A DNA stretch of 64,000 nt from Eledone cirrhosa (Eukaryota), in NCBI GenBank assembly GCA_964016885.1, contig OZ024740.1, forward strand, positions 216,380,001 to 216,444,000, written 5' to 3'. Below the pieces are notes generated by a model, which was not told the origin of the DNA, did no database searches, and saw only the letters and a program-made list of their open reading frames with translations. Made by a program: the position numbers and the translations under genes. The first letter of the stretch is position 1, and each line of letters begins with the position of its first letter. Below, one piece after another: positions 59,893 to 64,000 of the stretch.

Positions 59893-61250
59893 GGGGTCCA
59901 CCAGGGCTCTGTTCTTAGCCCTCTCCTGTTCATCATAGTCCTGCAGGCAATAACGGAGGAGTTTAAGACCGGATGCCCATGGGAACTCCTGTATGCTGAT
60001 GACCTCGCACTCATAGCTGAATCTATGGTAGAACTAGAGAATAAATTCCAAACCTGGAAGCAGGGACTAGAGAGAAAGGGTCTCAAAGTCAACATGACAA
60101 AGACTAAGGTCCTTGTAAGTAGACGAGAAAACAGAACCCAGATCCCCTCAGGGAAATGGCCTTGCTCAGTATGTAGGAAAGGTGTAGATAGGAACTCCAT
60201 TCTCTACACCAAATGCAAACAATGGGTACACAAGAGATCTAGCGGGATCTCAGGAAGCTTAATTAAGAATGTCGGATTCATATGCAGCAGCTGTGCTGAA
60301 ACAGCAAGCAGCAAACAGCCACAGGAAACAAGTACCACCAATCTCTGGGTGGGCCCTGTAGAAACAGTAGACAGCTTCTGCTACCTAGGTGACCGAATTA
60401 GCAATGGAGATGGGTGTTCAGAAAGTACAATAGCAGGAAGAACGGCATGGAAGAAGTTTAGGGAACTACTACCACTGCTAGCTGCAAAAGGCTTCTCCCT
60501 CAGAATGAAAGGCAGACTGTATGATGCGTGTATCCGAACAGCGATGTTGCATGGTAGTGAGACCTGGGCGCTGAAGGTGGAAGACTTACGTAGATTAGAG
60601 AGAAACGAAGCCTGCATGCTCCGATGGATGTGTAACAGTAATATACGTGAACGACAAAGCATAAATGAATTGAGAGAGAGACTGAGCATAAGAGGAATCA
60701 AATGCTGTGTGCAAGGGAGGCGGTTGCGCTGGTATGGACATGTGATGCGTATGAAGGATGACAGCTGCATAAAAAGGTGCAGAGCACTAGAAGTTGATGG
60801 AAACCGCGGAGTGGGGAGACCCAAGATGACCTGGGATGAGGTGATAAAAGCCGACCTTACCCAACTACACCTCTCAAAGACAATGACACACGACCGTGAC
60901 TTCTGGCGTCACGCAGTAATACAGAGTACCCGACCTCCCATGGGTACATGCTGAAGCATATAAACAATATGCCCCCACACCCCCCACCGCAAGGTGGTCG
61001 TGGAGGTGCCACGGCAAAAAAGCACCCAGCCCACACTGTAAAGTGGACGTGTAGGCGCCACGAAAAAGCACCCAGCACTCACTGTAAATGAGGTTGGTGT
61101 TAGGAAGGGCATCCAGCTGTAGAAATCAAGCCAGATCAGTTCCTGTATGAGCAAGGCAGGGTCAGCCGACCAGACACTGCACACAACAGGACAACCCGTC
61201 TAACCCATGCTAGCGTGGAAGAACGGACGTAAAACGGTGATGATGATGAT
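59893..61250 (+). mobile_element. RTE-type LINE, 5'-truncated; stop-free ORF remnant 59893-60954 (RT C-half, PHD-like finger)
   Basis: [41 protein letters not shown]; 3'UTR and (GAT)n tail; extra 3'UTR piece at 61408-61562. Confidence 0.96.
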
Positions 61251-61362
61251 ATATATATACATATATACATACAGATATATACATATATATATATATATAA
61301 TTATATATATATATATATATATAAATATATACATATATATATAAATATATATATGTATATAC

Positions 61363-61407
<45 letters not shown>

Positions 61408-61561
61408 CAGGAAGGGCATCCAGCTGAAGAAATCAAGCCAGATCAGTTCCTGTATGAGCAAGGCATGGTCAGCCGACCAGACACTGCCCACAACAGGACA
61501 ACCCGTCTAACCCATGCTAGCGTGGAAGAACGGACATAAAACGGTGATGATGATGATGATG

Positions 61562-61592
<31 letters not shown>

Positions 61593-61630
61593 CATACATA
61601 CATACATACATACATACATACATACATACA

Positions 61631-61666
<36 letters not shown>

Positions 61667-62139
61667 TATACACACACAGACACACATACAGGTTTAAATG
61701 ATATATGGAGAGAGAAAACACATATATCATTTAAGAAACATATCATTTTGTTTGCTCTGTATGTTTACAAAATACTATGTGTTTTTCAGATAATATATTC
61801 CTTTTCTCTCTCCATATATCTTTTCAACTTCTACAATTGGTGTGCTGGACTAAGGTTCATTGAACTTCTTTATTGAGAAACATAGTTATCATAGAGTTAA
61901 TAAGTATTGATGCCTTTCATAGCAAATCACCTGCAATCAATGTTCTATGATGCAACATTGTTTTAAAGTGTTTATATTTATCTAAAAACCTTCAATCATC
62001 CTTTTCTGTAACAACCTTTGTTAAGTTATATTCCAAGCTCAAGCTTAATGAGAAAGTTATTTATATTACTAAATCCTTTTCAGTTCTTGATTATTTTCAA
62101 AATTATTCACAAATTAAAGGCAGTATCTTTCCTTAAAAA

Positions 62140-62550
62140 TAGAGAGAGGTATATATACATGGCAGTAGAGTGGTATATATACATGGCAGGAGAGAGGGAT
62201 ATATACATGGCAGGAGAGAGGGATATATACATGGCAGGAGAGAGGGATATATACATGGCAGGAGAGAGGGATATATACATGGCAGGAGAGAGGGATATAT
62301 ACATGGCAGTAGAGAGGGATGTATACATGGCAGGAGAGAGGGATATATACATGGCAGGAGAGAGGGATATATACATGGCAGGAGAGAGGGGTATATACGT
62401 GGCAGGAGAGAGGGATATATACATGGCAGGAGAGAGGGATATATACATGGCAGGAGAGAGGTATATATATATATATATATGGCAGGAGAGAGGTGTGTAT
62501 ATATATATATATATATATATACACATACATGGCAGGAGAGAGGAATATAT
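62140..62550. repeat. 24 bp minisatellite, about 15 copies
   Basis: Unit ATATATACATGGCAGGAGAGAGGG. Confidence 0.96.
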
Positions 62551-63635
62551 ACACGTGTCTACAGTATAACAATGTTCTTTAATGAAATATATAAAATATA
62601 TTCAATAATTATGTTCAAGTTTTACTTTAAGTTGTTCCTGTTTTACCCCCCCCCATATTTAACCCCCCACCCCACCCCCGTCATAAATGCTTTTTTTTCT
62701 TTCTCTCGCAATATTTGACTGAATGCCTTGCTTTTTATTTGATTCTCCTATTTACTATTGTTATCATTATAATCATCATTATTATTATCCCTGTTATTAT
62801 TCTGCTCATCATTCCCATTACCAACACATTATTAATAATAATATCATTATTATTATTATTAACCTTATTTCATCATTAATGTTATTTTCCCAATTATTTT
62901 TTTCAATTCATTTAGACTAATTTGAACATTTTATGATTTTCTCTGATTAATGTCATTTTAAACCTCTTTTCCATAACAATTTCAATCTTTGCCTGCCATA
63001 ACAATTTTTATTCTAGGTCCAAATTACTGCAAGGAAAATTCTAATTTTCTATAATTAAAGCTCATAATTTTAATGTATCTTGTCATTTTTAGTAAATAGT
63101 TAATTTCAACGATATTAGTGAGATATTTCAGTAAAAGGAAAGATAGAAAAATAATTATTTCGACAGACTATAAAACTTTTGCAACACCTTATGTTATTTA
63201 AAATTGAATTATTTCTTAGATATGTAGAATATAAATGATAGGTTACTGAGTGTGATATCTTCATTGTCTTTTACATTATCATTGCTATTATTTCATCTTG
63301 CAGACTTTCTGACACCATTCCAACATCCACCCACCCCAATACTACAACTAATAATCACTTTATCATCAGTCTCCTGTATTTACTGTTCCTATTGTCATTT
63401 CCTTCTAACCACCAAACAAAAATTACAAAAAGTTCCAATTACAAAACTGCCTTAACAGCAATAATGATGTTTCTCCAAGACAGTTACCCTTCTCCAACAT
63501 AGAGAATATAACAATACAAAAACTAAATCATTCTGAACTTATTTCTTTTGTTTATCTGAAGTTCTGTATCCATGTCAGCCTACCAGAAGTTCCTCTGAAC
63601 ATTTTCAGTGCACAATATTGTGTTGTACCAATATA

Positions 63636-63957
63636 CAAGGGTTGGCTAACCAAGATACTCCAATGGAATGACCAAATGAGATTTATTTTTCAACATAGTC
63701 CCTAGAAAGAAACAATGCAGTTATTAATAAAAAAAAGAGTTGAAATTAATGCATGCAAGATTTCACAGCTCTAGCATCACCCCTTCATAGGCTGACCAAG
63801 ATACTCTCATGGAATAACCAAATTAGGTTTATTTTTCAAATAGTCCCTAGAAAAAAACAATGCAGTTATTAATGAGTTGAAATTAACGCATGCAAGATTT
63901 CACAGCTCTAGCATCACTCCTTTGTAGTCAGCTTATGAACTTTTCAGCCCACCCGTG
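63636..63957. mobile_element. Tc1/mariner-like MITE with two internal about 145-bp tandem units
   Basis: TA-CAAGGGTTGGCT ... AGCCCACCCGTG-TA; CCAAGATACTC..ATGGAAT..CCAAAT unit occurs twice. Confidence 0.75.
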
Positions 63958-64000
63958 TACTTTAATCTCAAACAAGACAACTTCCTAAATGACACTCTGG

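Overview
AT-rich, microsatellite-dense eukaryotic DNA. The repeat content suggests a cephalopod (octopus-like) intron or intergenic region, which is an inference. No host protein-coding gene can be supported, and most long ORFs are artefacts of (TA)n/(TATG)n tracts. Ordinary content: RTE-type LINE fragments (the two largest at 15.5-18.1 kb and 59.9-61.3 kb), 3' ends of Tx1/L1-like, R4/Dong-like and zinc-finger RTE LINEs, two tRNA-derived SINE families, two non-autonomous Helitrons, hAT/mariner/piggyBac/pogo-like MITEs and many minisatellites. The notable signal is a set of short non-coding elements inserted in (TA)n-type tracts. Most are long, near-perfect fold-back palindromes with a one-sided tail. 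About nine loci carry type I hammerhead ribozyme motifs found by eye (stem I - CUGANGA - stem II - GAAA - short, often palindromic stem III - UH - stem I), from at least 7 unrelated sequence families. Several have an intact core (36.8, 37.1, 37.9/38.0 and 42.2 kb) and some have recurrent core variants. The architecture matches inverted pseudo-LTR remnants of Penelope-like retroelements. No folding software or database search was run.
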